The notes under the pieces: generated by a model
What the model saw: only the letters and a program-made list of their open reading frames with translations
Told to the model about the DNA's origin: nothing
The model's database searches: none
Assembly: GCA_913052275.1 (NCBI GenBank)
Contig: CAJXDX010000002.1
Span: forward strand, 1-45,802
DNA: 45,802 nucleotides
Direction: 5' to 3'
Origin: an uncultured Pseudomonadota bacterium
Lineage (GTDB): Bacteria > SAR324 > NAC60-12
Part shown: positions 8,887-17,399 of the stretch, piece after piece
How the letters are laid out: each line of letters starts with the position of its first letter
How positions within the stretch are numbered: position 1 is the stretch's first letter
Position numbers and translations under genes: made by a program

Positions 8887-10266
8887 ATGCTGTCAGACAA
8901 CACAGTAAAAAAAATTTTGGAGCACGGACTGAAGCAGGGAGCAGACTTTACTGAAGTATTTGTTGAAGATACCGTTTCATCCTCAATCAATCTGCTAGAC
9001 CAGAAAATTGACGAAATCAATTCTTCAAATTCGTTTGGAATTGGAGTGCGCCTGCTTTATGGGAACGAAGCATACTACGGTTACAGCAGTGATACGGAAG
9101 AAGGGAACCTTTTGAAACTTACGGAAAACCTCGGACAATCCGGTATGGAAGGTCAGCCGGGGGGACTACAACCGCTCGAACATCAATCAGTGGAAGACAT
9201 ACATCATGTAGCAATAAATCCGGACACAGTTAGCAAGTCTGAACGCGCTGAACTGTTGCGAAAGCTTGATAAAATAACCCGCAGTCATGGTCAGGATATC
9301 TGCCAGGTAAACGCAAACATGGCTGAAAAAAAACGTTCCGTACTAATCGCAAACAGTGAAGGTTTATGGTCCGAAGATACGCGCAGCTATTCCAGAATGA
9401 GGCTATCAGCAGTTGCTGAGAAAGGTGACGGCCCTCAATCAGCCGCAGAGAGTCCAGGTGTTTTGGGAGGTTATGAATTTTTTAAGAATCTGGATCTGGA
9501 GGAACTTGCCGAAAATGCCGCACAGTCAGCTCTGCGCATGGCAAGTGCAGGATATATAAATGGAGGGATATTGCCAGTGGTTCTAGGTAACGGATTTGGG
9601 GGCGTCATTTTTCACGAAGCATGTGGACATCCACTTGAAACAGAAGCAATACGTAAAAATGCTTCTCCTTTTTGTGACAAAATAGGAATGGAAGTGGGTC
9701 AGCCTATTCTTACAGCTATAGACGATGGAACAATCCCAAACAAATGGGGCTCATGCAATGTTGATGATGAGGGTACACCTACTCAGAAAACTGTGCTTAT
9801 TGAAAATGGCATATTGAAAAATTATCTCAGCGACCGCATCGGTGCAGGTCAAGTAGGAATACCACGCAGTGGTTCAGCTCGTCGCGAGTCATATAAATTT
9901 GCTCCTGTTTCCAGAATGCGGAACACCTTCATTGCTCCCGGGCCTGACTCTGTAGACGAAATGATTCAATCCATAGATTTTGGCCTCTATGCAAAAAAAA
10001 TGGGCGGAGGCTCAGTCAATCCCGGCACAGGTGAATTCAACTTTGCTGTGCAGGAAGGTTATGCCATTCGCAAAGGAAAAATAGCAGAACCTGTTCGGGG
10101 TGCAACTCTTATTGGTAAAGGTTTCGAAGTCCTTCCGCAAATATCGATGATTGCCGACGATTTGGATCTTGCCGCAGGAATGTGTGGTGCAGCAAGCGGC
10201 TGGGTTCCGACCACAGTGGGTCAGCCAACCTTAAAAATCGACTCTATACTGGTTGGAGGACGATAA
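8887..10266 (+). CDS. tldD: TldD-family metalloprotease
   Basis: 459 aa. It carries the characteristic HEACGHPLE zinc motif and conserved C-terminal blocks (GSARRES..., NTFIAPG, GEFNF, TLIG). Confidence 0.88.
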   Translation: MLSDNTVKKILEHGLKQGADFTEVFVEDTVSSSINLLDQKIDEINSSNSFGIGVRLLYGNEAYYGYSSDTEEGNLLKLTENLGQSGMEGQPGGLQPLEHQSVEDIHHVAINPDTVSKSERAELLRKLDKITRSHGQDICQVNANMAEKKRSVLIANSEGLWSEDTRSYSRMRLSAVAEKGDGPQSAAESPGVLGGYEFFKNLDLEELAENAAQSALRMASAGYINGGILPVVLGNGFGGVIFHEACGHPLETEAIRKNASPFCDKIGMEVGQPILTAIDDGTIPNKWGSCNVDDEGTPTQKTVLIENGILKNYLSDRIGAGQVGIPRSGSARRESYKFAPVSRMRNTFIAPGPDSVDEMIQSIDFGLYAKKMGGGSVNPGTGEFNFAVQEGYAIRKGKIAEPVRGATLIGKGFEVLPQISMIADDLDLAAGMCGAASGWVPTTVGQPTLKIDSILVGGR

Positions 10267-10316
10267 TCCGATTTTTTATTTTCCATTTACAACTTCAAAC
10301 CTTCAGGAAACTTTGA

Positions 10317-11612
10317 ATGAGATTTTTCGATCATGCCTTGGAAACAATGCCGCCTAAGGCAATTGAAGCGCTTCAGATCGAAAAGTTACGCTCAATGTTC
10401 AAAAAAATTTACGGGCATAACAGATTCTACACTGAAAAATTTGACTCGGCTGGTATAGATCATGAGACAATTCAAAATGTCAATGATATGGCCCAAATAC
10501 CCCTGACGAATAAAGAAGAGTTGATAAAGGCACAACAGTACAACCCTCCGTTTGGCTCCAATGCAACTTTCCCCGAATCCGCCTACTCACGTTTTCATCA
10601 GACATCCGGAACAACAGGAAAACCATTACGTGTTTTAGACACTCCAGAGAGCTGGGAATGGTGGGGACGATGTTGGGGATTCGTTCTGACCGGAGCCGGA
10701 CTTACTGAAAATGACCGCTTGTTTGTACCGTTCTCTTTTGGTCCATTCATTGGTTTTTGGGCTGCATTGGAAGGAGCAAGGATAATCAACACCATGATGA
10801 TTCCCGGCGGAGGACGGGATTCCCTGGAACGGTTGCACTTGATGAAGGAACTTGGTGTGACAGCAATCTGCTGTACTCCCACATATGCATTGCGACTTGC
10901 AGAAGTAGCCCAGGAAGCCGAATTTGATTTGAATGAGATTCCCCTGCGAATCTCTATACTCTCCGGAGAGCCAGGAGCAAATGTCCCTGCCACCAAAACC
11001 CGGGTTGAATCAGTATGGAATTTTAAATCTTATGACCATGCAGGAGCCTCAGAGGTAGGGGCTCACAGTTTTGAGTGTGAAATTCAACCAAACGGAACGC
11101 ATGTTAATGAAAGTGAGTTCATTGTTGAAGTGCTGAATCCGGATACGTTAGAGCCAGTTTCTGAAGGAGAACAGGGCGAATTAATTATCACAAATTTGGG
11201 ACGAATCGGTTTTCCGGTTATACGGTACCGTACAGGAGACCTGGTAAGACTTAACCATGAACCCTGCAAATGCGGACGAACTTTCCCCCGTTTTGAAGGT
11301 GGTGTGCTGGGGAGAGTTGATGATATGGTAGTCGTTCGTGGAATTAATGTCTTTCCAAGTGCGATTGAAAATTTGATACGGCGTTCTGATGAGGTAGAAG
11401 AATTTCGCATCACCGTTTCAACAGTAAAGCAAATGGGGCATCTTTCAATTGAACTTGACTTGAAAAAATATACAAGCCCTGAAAATGCAAAAAAAGATGT
11501 TTACCAGCAAATCCGTAATGAACTCAGTTTGAGCTCAGAAATAAAAGTGGTACCCCATGGCAGTCTTCCACGCTTTGAAATGAAAGCCAGAAGATTTCAT
11601 GTAAATAACTAA
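10317..11612 (+). CDS. Phenylacetate-CoA ligase family (PaaK / coenzyme F390 synthetase-like) adenylate-forming enzyme
   Basis: 431 aa. It has the AMP-binding P-loop HQTSGTTGKPLRV and YRTGDLV, and matches the short (about 430 aa) PaaK architecture. The substrate cannot be inferred. Confidence 0.85.
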   Translation: MRFFDHALETMPPKAIEALQIEKLRSMFKKIYGHNRFYTEKFDSAGIDHETIQNVNDMAQIPLTNKEELIKAQQYNPPFGSNATFPESAYSRFHQTSGTTGKPLRVLDTPESWEWWGRCWGFVLTGAGLTENDRLFVPFSFGPFIGFWAALEGARIINTMMIPGGGRDSLERLHLMKELGVTAICCTPTYALRLAEVAQEAEFDLNEIPLRISILSGEPGANVPATKTRVESVWNFKSYDHAGASEVGAHSFECEIQPNGTHVNESEFIVEVLNPDTLEPVSEGEQGELIITNLGRIGFPVIRYRTGDLVRLNHEPCKCGRTFPRFEGGVLGRVDDMVVVRGINVFPSAIENLIRRSDEVEEFRITVSTVKQMGHLSIELDLKKYTSPENAKKDVYQQIRNELSLSSEIKVVPHGSLPRFEMKARRFHVNN

Positions 11613-11768
11613 TCCATTCCCGAAATCATTATTCGACATTATTTATAAATGAAAACCTGTTTGTTTCTGAATTTAAGAAGTTCCACCTGTTTTTTTATTT
11701 GATCAAGGATTTCCTCGAGATAAAACCTGCTCAGTTGTGACTGTAAATTAATTATAAGAAATCTTTAA

Positions 11769-12272
11769 ATGAAACAGCTTTTGACCCTCAAAATTAATGA
11801 CGAGAGATACGAATTTTGGGCTTCAATTCACAAAACTCTGCTGGAAGTTCTGCGTGAAGATTTGCACCTCACGGGAACAAAACATGGCTGTGAACTTGGA
11901 GAATGTGGTGCCTGTACAGTGCTGATTAATGGAGAGCCGATTCTGTCGTGTCTGATTCTGCCAATAGAAGTTCAAGGGAAGGCGATTATGACAATTGAAG
12001 GTTTGTCTCATTCAGAAAAACATGGAACAGATTGTAAACCACATCCATTGCAAACTGCTTTTGCCCAGCAGGGAGCTTCACAGTGTGGATATTGTTCTCC
12101 GGGGATGCTGATGACAGCAAAGGCACTGCTTGACAAATATTCAAATCCAGACAGGGAAAGAATCAGAGAGGCAATTTCAGGAAATATATGCCGATGCACC
12201 GGCTACGCAAAAATTATTGAGGCAGTGGAGCAAGCTGCTAAATCAAATACAAAATTACCTCAACACACATAA
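11769..12272 (+). CDS. Molybdenum hydroxylase (xanthine dehydrogenase family) small subunit with two [2Fe-2S] clusters
   Basis: 167 aa. A plant-type cluster motif CELGECGACTV...C is followed by the second cluster motif QCGYCSPG...CRCTGY. Confidence 0.93.
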   Translation: MKQLLTLKINDERYEFWASIHKTLLEVLREDLHLTGTKHGCELGECGACTVLINGEPILSCLILPIEVQGKAIMTIEGLSHSEKHGTDCKPHPLQTAFAQQGASQCGYCSPGMLMTAKALLDKYSNPDRERIREAISGNICRCTGYAKIIEAVEQAAKSNTKLPQHT

Positions 12273-12299
12273 TTTCCAAATACATCAACGATAAAAAAT

Positions 12300-12680
12300 A
12301 TGCGTAATATTAAGATAATCACTGCGCTGTGTATCATTTTAATGCTTTCTTCATGCTCAATCAGCACATTTGGAAAATTTCAGGCTGCTGAAGGCATCCC
12401 TCTCTTCATCCAGGTTGGGAAAACTACAAGAACAGAAGTTTTAGATACTTTGGGAGAACCTCTTGTTCACCGCATAGTGGCGGGCAGAGAAACGCTTATT
12501 TACAATCATGAACGAGGTGATTACTTTTTTCTCTATGGTACTTATGAAGGAAATGAGCTGGTTCTTCGTCTGAAAAATCAAATTGTAGTAGAAGCCAGAA
12601 TAGAAAAAACTGGAAGCGGATGGGGTTTCTTTGCTCCTGCAACTTCAAACAATCCAGGAACAAGAAGAAGTGCGAGATAA
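12300..12680 (+). CDS. Small lipoprotein, BamE/SmpA_OmlA-like pattern (paralog 1)
   Basis: 126 aa. The signal peptide has the lipobox MLSS|C. A G-K-T-T-x-x-E-V-L-D-x-L-G-E-P motif and a C-terminal GWGF are shared with the next gene. Confidence 0.65.
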   Translation: MRNIKIITALCIILMLSSCSISTFGKFQAAEGIPLFIQVGKTTRTEVLDTLGEPLVHRIVAGRETLIYNHERGDYFFLYGTYEGNELVLRLKNQIVVEARIEKTGSGWGFFAPATSNNPGTRRSAR

Positions 12681-12684
12681 GAGC

Positions 12685-13077
12685 ATGTTCAAATCTGTTC
12701 TTTTTTTGTGGTTAATCTGTATTTTTATTGTTGTATTTTCTTCGGGTTGCGCCAAATCCAGTACAGGGAAGGTTGACTTATCCAGTCGAACAGTCCCGGG
12801 ATTCCTCAAGACAGGAACCACAACTATAGAGGATGTTCTTGAAAATATTGGAGAACCTTTTGGTTATCGAGAGCAAGGGAATCGCTCGGCAATGATTTAC
12901 CTCAGTTTTCAGGAGGATTATTTCAATTTATTATTCACTCAAATACGAATGGAAGAATCGCATCGTCTGGATCTGGTATTTAATAAAAATATTTTAGAAA
13001 AAGCAGAAATTAAAAAAGAAGGGTGGGGCTTCGGAGCAAATATCGACCCTCAACTAATTCAGTTGCTGGCTCAATAA
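12685..13077 (+). CDS. Small lipoprotein, BamE/SmpA_OmlA-like pattern (paralog 2)
   Basis: I place the start at ATG 12685 (MFKSVLFLWLICIFIVVFSSG|C), not at the track start 12631, which would overlap paralog 1. It shares TGTTTIEDVLENIGEP, ...IY...DYF.L and a terminal EGWGF with paralog 1. Confidence 0.65.
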   Translation: MFKSVLFLWLICIFIVVFSSGCAKSSTGKVDLSSRTVPGFLKTGTTTIEDVLENIGEPFGYREQGNRSAMIYLSFQEDYFNLLFTQIRMEESHRLDLVFNKNILEKAEIKKEGWGFGANIDPQLIQLLAQ

Positions 13078-13119
13078 TTCATGTATCCCTGAACAGTACC
13101 CTGAAACTTCAAACTACTT

Positions 13120-15522
13120 ATGAGCAAAAGCAGTAAATTTGATTGGATTGGAAAATCGTGGACACAGGTAGGCGGACTTGCAAAAGCCAAAGGTGAAACG
13201 GTTTATGCAGATGATCTTTTCCTGCCCAGGATGCTTTATGCCAAAATGCTGGGCAGTCCACACGCTCATGCACTGATCAAAAACATTGATGTAAGCCCCG
13301 CCTTGGAAATGCCCGGAGTGATTGCAGCCATAACTGGAAAGGATTTACCAATTCCATACGGAATTTTACCGGTCAGTCAGGATGAAACAGCATTATGTGT
13401 AGACAAAGTCCGCATGGTTGGTGATCCTGTGGCGGCAGTTGCAGCCATTGATGAAGAAACTGCGGAAGCAGCATTGGAAGAAATTGCAGTGGAGTATGAA
13501 CCTTTGCCATCCATCATCTCTATTGAAGATGCACTGTCAGAGGAAAAAGTTCAAATTCACCAATATGCTGCACAGGGTAATGTACATAAGAAAGTTTCTC
13601 TGGAATTCGGTGACACTGAATCTGGTTTCAGCCAGGCAGATCATATCAGACAGGAGCTATTCTATTACGAGGGCAGTACACATCTGCCCTTAGAACAGCA
13701 CGCGGCAGTAGCACAGATGGGTGCAAATAATCGGCTGACTCTGTGGTCTTCAACTCAAACCCCACATTATGTACACCGAACATTGTCAAAAGTTCTGGAA
13801 ATGCCATCCAGCCAAATAAGGGTAATTGCCACTCCTGTAGGCGGCGGATTTGGAGGAAAAACAGACCCTTTTCAGCATGAGATAGTCGCTTGTAAACTGG
13901 CTATGTTAACTGGACGTCCGGTTAAACTGACGCTGACTCGTGAAGAAGTATTTTATACACACAGAGGAAGACATCCGGTGTTAATGTGGGTTAAGGCTGG
14001 AATCAAATCAGACGGTTCGATCACTGCTTTACATTTTCGTAATTTTCTTGATGGAGGAGCTTATGGAAGTTATGGAGTAGCCAGCACTTTTTACACAGGG
14101 GCCTTGCAGACCGTAACTTATCCAATCGGAAATTACAAATTTGAGGCAATGCGGGTTTTCACCAATAAGGCTCCATGCGGACCGAAACGCGGTCATGGAA
14201 CACCTCAGCCCCGTTTTGCAATGGAAGTTCTGCTTGACAAATTCGCAGAAGATTTAGGAGTTGATCCGGCAGAACTAAGACTCAGGCATCTTGTACCTGG
14301 CAACAGCAGGACAGTAAATCATCTTACCGTGACGACAAACGGTCTGGGAGAATGTATCCGGAAAGCTACTCAAGTATCCGAATTTAATAAAAAGAGAAGA
14401 AAATCCCCTCCGGGGAAGGGTGTCGGGCTGGCCTGCAGCGCTTACTTGAGCGGGGCTGGACTGCCTATTTACTGGAACAAGATGCCCCACTCCGGAGTAC
14501 AAATTAAAATTGACCGCGGTGGAGGAGTAACAGTTTTTTGCGGAAGTGTTGACATAGGACAGGGTTCAGACTCTATTCTTGCCGGAATTGTAGCAGAGGA
14601 ACTGGGAATTCATATTCAAAATATAATAATAGTTACAGCTGATACTGATCTGACGCCTGTTGATCTGGGCAGTTATTCCAGTCGTGTCACTTTAATGACA
14701 GGAAATGCTGCAATTGCTGCAGTTAAACCATTACGTGAACAAATACTTTCAGCAGCCTCCGAAGTTTTGAAGATAGAGGCGGAAGATTTGACAATCAAAA
14801 ATGAAAAAATTTTGTTGAAGAACGGCTACCGTGAGCTGGCAGCATTTGTCGAAGCTGTCCAATGGGCAGAATCAAAATTTGGCACACTTGGCTCAGTTGG
14901 AAGCTATACCCCGCCACGTCATGGAGGGGATTATAAGGGCTCTGGAGTCGGCCCTTCACCAAATTACAGCTATTCTGCATGTGTAGCAGAGGTCTATTGT
15001 GATTCTGAGAGTGGATTTTACAGTGTTGAAAAGATTTGGATAGCACATGATATTGGACAGGCAATTAATGAAAAATTAGTTATTGGGCAGGTGGAAGGAA
15101 GTGTATATATGGGTCTTGGTGAAGCAATGATGGAAGAGCAGGTTTATTGGCCGGGGAAAAGCGATATTGGTGGACTGCACAAAAATCCTTCTATGCTAGA
15201 TTACAAAAGTCCAACCTCGTTAGATATGCCTGAAATTGAAACTATTCTGGTAGAAACAAATGACCCTGAAGGTCCATATGGAGCAAAGGAGGCTGGCCAA
15301 GGCCCGCTGCTGCCGGTCATGCCGGCCATCGCAAATGCCATTTACAATGCAGTCGGCGTGAGAGTGGATGAGGTTCCGATAACACCGGACAAAATTTATA
15401 AAGGGCTGCAGAATATAAAATCTGCAAAAAAACAAAAACATTGGTTGCCCGGTAGAATCGGACCTACAACATTCCCAAATGTAGAGTTTCCTGAGCCAAT
15501 TCATGTAGATCCTCCATGCTGA
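13120..15522 (+). CDS. Molybdenum hydroxylase large (molybdopterin-binding) subunit, xanthine dehydrogenase / aldehyde oxidoreductase / 4-hydroxybenzoyl-CoA reductase-alpha family
   Basis: 800 aa. It has PVGGGFGGK, GSYSSRVT, and the C-terminal GAKEAGQGPL block carrying the family's catalytic Glu. By eye there is no CODH-type AY(R)CSFR or AYRGAGR loop. Confidence 0.92.
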   Translation: MSKSSKFDWIGKSWTQVGGLAKAKGETVYADDLFLPRMLYAKMLGSPHAHALIKNIDVSPALEMPGVIAAITGKDLPIPYGILPVSQDETALCVDKVRMVGDPVAAVAAIDEETAEAALEEIAVEYEPLPSIISIEDALSEEKVQIHQYAAQGNVHKKVSLEFGDTESGFSQADHIRQELFYYEGSTHLPLEQHAAVAQMGANNRLTLWSSTQTPHYVHRTLSKVLEMPSSQIRVIATPVGGGFGGKTDPFQHEIVACKLAMLTGRPVKLTLTREEVFYTHRGRHPVLMWVKAGIKSDGSITALHFRNFLDGGAYGSYGVASTFYTGALQTVTYPIGNYKFEAMRVFTNKAPCGPKRGHGTPQPRFAMEVLLDKFAEDLGVDPAELRLRHLVPGNSRTVNHLTVTTNGLGECIRKATQVSEFNKKRRKSPPGKGVGLACSAYLSGAGLPIYWNKMPHSGVQIKIDRGGGVTVFCGSVDIGQGSDSILAGIVAEELGIHIQNIIIVTADTDLTPVDLGSYSSRVTLMTGNAAIAAVKPLREQILSAASEVLKIEAEDLTIKNEKILLKNGYRELAAFVEAVQWAESKFGTLGSVGSYTPPRHGGDYKGSGVGPSPNYSYSACVAEVYCDSESGFYSVEKIWIAHDIGQAINEKLVIGQVEGSVYMGLGEAMMEEQVYWPGKSDIGGLHKNPSMLDYKSPTSLDMPEIETILVETNDPEGPYGAKEAGQGPLLPVMPAIANAIYNAVGVRVDEVPITPDKIYKGLQNIKSAKKQKHWLPGRIGPTTFPNVEFPEPIHVDPPC

Positions 15523-15557
15523 AAACAGATGTTTAAATTATGTCCATAAAATGTCAG

Positions 15558-15630
15558 AAAGTTTTCCAAAAAATGATTAACTTGCAAAAAAACAACTACA
15601 ATAGAAATTTTTTTAAAAGTTTTCCTAAAA
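15558..15630. repeat. Direct repeat AAAGTTTTCC(A/T)AAAA x2 in the intergenic spacer before the FAD-subunit gene
   Basis: Copies lie at 15558-15572 and 15616-15630 and match at 14 of 15 positions, 58 bp apart start to start. They sit inside a 158-bp AT-rich gap within an otherwise tightly packed cluster. Confidence 0.3.
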
Positions 15631-15680
15631 TTTCATAACAAGATTTCAAAAGAATTCTTTCAACATTTGCAGATAAATCA

Positions 15681-16664
15681 ATGTTACGCTTACCCCCCTT
15701 TGAATACTACACGCCGCAAAAAATTACAGAAGCAGTATCATTGAAAGCCAGATTTGGGGAAGATGCAATGTACTCTGCTGGAGGAACAGATCTATATCCA
15801 AATATGAAGCGCAAACAGTGCACACCAAAAACCTTGATTGGTTTACAAGAACTGAAAGAACTCAGCTTGATCAATTTTGATGATGATGGAATGTCCCTTG
15901 GTTCTGGAATTTCACTGAATGAGGTGGCAAATCATCCGGAAATTCAGAAACTTTATCCTGCGCTGTCAAAAGCGGCATCATTAGTTTCAGCTCCTCAGTT
16001 AAGAAATATGGGTACAATAGGCGGGAATTTATGTCTGGATACACGCTGCACTTACTACAATCAGACATACCCATGGAGAAAAGCGTTAGGTTTTTGCCTG
16101 AAAAAAGATGGTGATATTTGCTGGGTAGCAAGGAGCAGCCCTGTCTGCCTGGCTATTTCTTCATCTGACTGTGCGCCTGTCGCAGTAGCTTTGAATGCGG
16201 AATTTCATCTGACTGGCGAGAATGGTCAAAGAATTATCGCTGCTGAAGATTTTTATCTGAATGACGGAATCAGCTATCTAAATAAGACTCATGATGAGCT
16301 GCTGGTGTCGATACGCATACCTTCGCACGAAGGGTGGCTTATGAGCTACAAAAAATTACGCAGACGAGATTCAATTGATTTCCCAGTCCTGTCCGTTGCA
16401 ACAGCCTTTCACCTGGACAAGGCGGGAGTTTGCATAAATGCACGAATCGTTCTGGGGGCAGTTGCTTCCTGTCCTCTAAGAGCATTGCAAGCAGAAACAT
16501 TACTGAAAGGGGAAATACCCAATGCAGAACTGATAGAAACATCTGCAATTGCTGCAGCTAAATTAGCAAAACCGATGGACAACACGGATATGACTTTGGG
16601 TTACAGGAAAAAAATGGCAGCCAATTTTGTTAAAGAAGCAATTAATGAGGCGCTTGGACGATAA
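15681..16664 (+). CDS. Molybdenum hydroxylase FAD-binding (medium) subunit with Cys-rich insertion (HcrB-like)
   Basis: 327 aa. The CoxM/XdhB-type FAD motifs AGGTDL and GTIGGNL are present. They are followed by C118-x4-C123-x15-C139-x7-C147-x8-C156-x7-C164. Confidence 0.9.
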   Translation: MLRLPPFEYYTPQKITEAVSLKARFGEDAMYSAGGTDLYPNMKRKQCTPKTLIGLQELKELSLINFDDDGMSLGSGISLNEVANHPEIQKLYPALSKAASLVSAPQLRNMGTIGGNLCLDTRCTYYNQTYPWRKALGFCLKKDGDICWVARSSPVCLAISSSDCAPVAVALNAEFHLTGENGQRIIAAEDFYLNDGISYLNKTHDELLVSIRIPSHEGWLMSYKKLRRRDSIDFPVLSVATAFHLDKAGVCINARIVLGAVASCPLRALQAETLLKGEIPNAELIETSAIAAAKLAKPMDNTDMTLGYRKKMAANFVKEAINEALGR

Positions 16665-16733
16665 GCAGTAATCTTTTTAGGAGAGGGAGACACCATTCAA
16701 TGTGGACAGTGTAAGTGTCCTCAGCTTAATTAG

Positions 16734-17387
16734 TCAGTTGAGTAGGTCCAGCGCATCCAACGGCTTTTTTATTATTGCTTGCGCTCCATTATCTTTCAGC
16801 TCTTGTTCAGTACGAAAACCCCAAAGTACTCCTACAGGGTAGCATCCTGCAGCAACAGCAGTTTTCATATCAGTAGCTGTATCACCTAAATAAAGAAAAT
16901 CTTCAGATGAAACTCTTAACTGCTGGCAAATTTCCAGCATACCGGCAGGGTCAGGTTTTTTAGGCACACCCTCACGCTGTCCCAGTATTACATCAAAATT
17001 CCAGTCCCGCAAAAGATGATCAACAGTAAGAACAGTAAATTCTTGGGGTTTGTTGGAGAGAACTGCCAGTTTGAGCTTACGTTTTGTCAGTGCATTTAGC
17101 AGTTCAGGTATACCCTGGTACGGAACTGTCTGCCTGTTCCAGCACTCACGGTATACAGTTTCAAAATCTTTTCTGCATTCTTCAATCAGAGTTTCATTCC
17201 GAGCTTCTTCGGGCAGGACACGTGTCATCAGCATTTTCGCTCCATCACCTACAAAGTAGCGAAACGCATCCACGTGGTGTATCGGGTATCCGCGTTCAGA
17301 GAGGATTTTGTTAGTACAGTATGCTAAGTCGTCTAAAGTATCCAGCAATGTGCCATCTAAATCAAAGCATACTGCCTTAAATCTCAT
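16734..17387 (-). CDS. HAD-IA family hydrolase (phosphoglycolate phosphatase-like)
   Basis: 217 aa. HAD motif I is CFDLDGTLLDT, motif II is VLSNK, and motif III/IV is K...YLGDTATDMKTAVAAG. Confidence 0.85.
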   Translation of the reverse strand: MRFKAVCFDLDGTLLDTLDDLAYCTNKILSERGYPIHHVDAFRYFVGDGAKMLMTRVLPEEARNETLIEECRKDFETVYRECWNRQTVPYQGIPELLNALTKRKLKLAVLSNKPQEFTVLTVDHLLRDWNFDVILGQREGVPKKPDPAGMLEICQQLRVSSEDFLYLGDTATDMKTAVAAGCYPVGVLWGFRTEQELKDNGAQAIIKKPLDALDLLN

Positions 17388-17399
17388 GTAGTGAACGTT

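Noticed and set aside
11769-16664. Interpretation of the three-subunit Mo enzyme as aerobic carbon-monoxide dehydrogenase (CoxSML)
   Set aside because: By eye, the large subunit has neither the form I AY(x)CSFR nor the form II AYRGAGR active-site loop. The gene order is S-L-M rather than coxMSL. The FAD subunit also carries an HcrB-like Cys insertion.
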